Shown piece after piece: positions 63,937 to 64,000 of a DNA stretch of 64,000 nucleotides; the stretch's first letter is position 1, and each line of letters begins with the position of its first letter. The position numbers and the translations under genes were made by a program. The notes under the pieces were generated by a model that saw nothing but the letters and a program-made list of their open reading frames with translations, ran no database searches and was not told the DNA's origin. This stretch comes from Nageia nagi. Lineage: Eukaryota > Plantae > Pinophyta. The DNA is taken from NCBI GenBank assembly GCA_050084985.1, contig JBITNC010000002.1:17856001-17920000 (forward strand). Direction: 5' to 3'.

Positions 63937-64000
63937 TACCTTAGATGAAAAGGTTGGAAAGATGAAGAAGCTAGGTACCGACCCAAGAAGATAAAATGAA

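Overview
AT-rich land-plant nuclear DNA (gymnosperm-like, by inference only), mostly decayed transposons around two host genes. Host genes: (1) a P-class PPR gene closely resembling Arabidopsis At5g16420 (12070-13939, +), with one 258-bp intron and a +1 frameshift near its 3' end; (2) an RHL1/HYP7 gene (DNA topoisomerase VI accessory subunit; 43476-48761+, at least 10 coding exons, one GC-AG intron, final exon not found). Mobile DNA: three members of one Ty1/copia family (E1 1-4511; intact-ended E2 24529-32091 nested with an AAAGG TSD in the 5' LTR of E3; E3 apparently a chimera of two halves), a truncated second copia, a 2-kb non-autonomous LTR element, probable solo LTRs, three L1-type LINE remnants, a Tourist-like MITE and several tandem repeats. 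The most unusual signal is non-coding. The ~0.8-kb 3' UTR of the copia family looks like a structured RNA module: an array of double-hairpin units with compensatory base changes, a conserved folded domain with a possible pseudoknot, and a block complementary to the post-TATA part of the LTR that co-varies with it between family members. All alignments and folds were done by eye and need computational confirmation.
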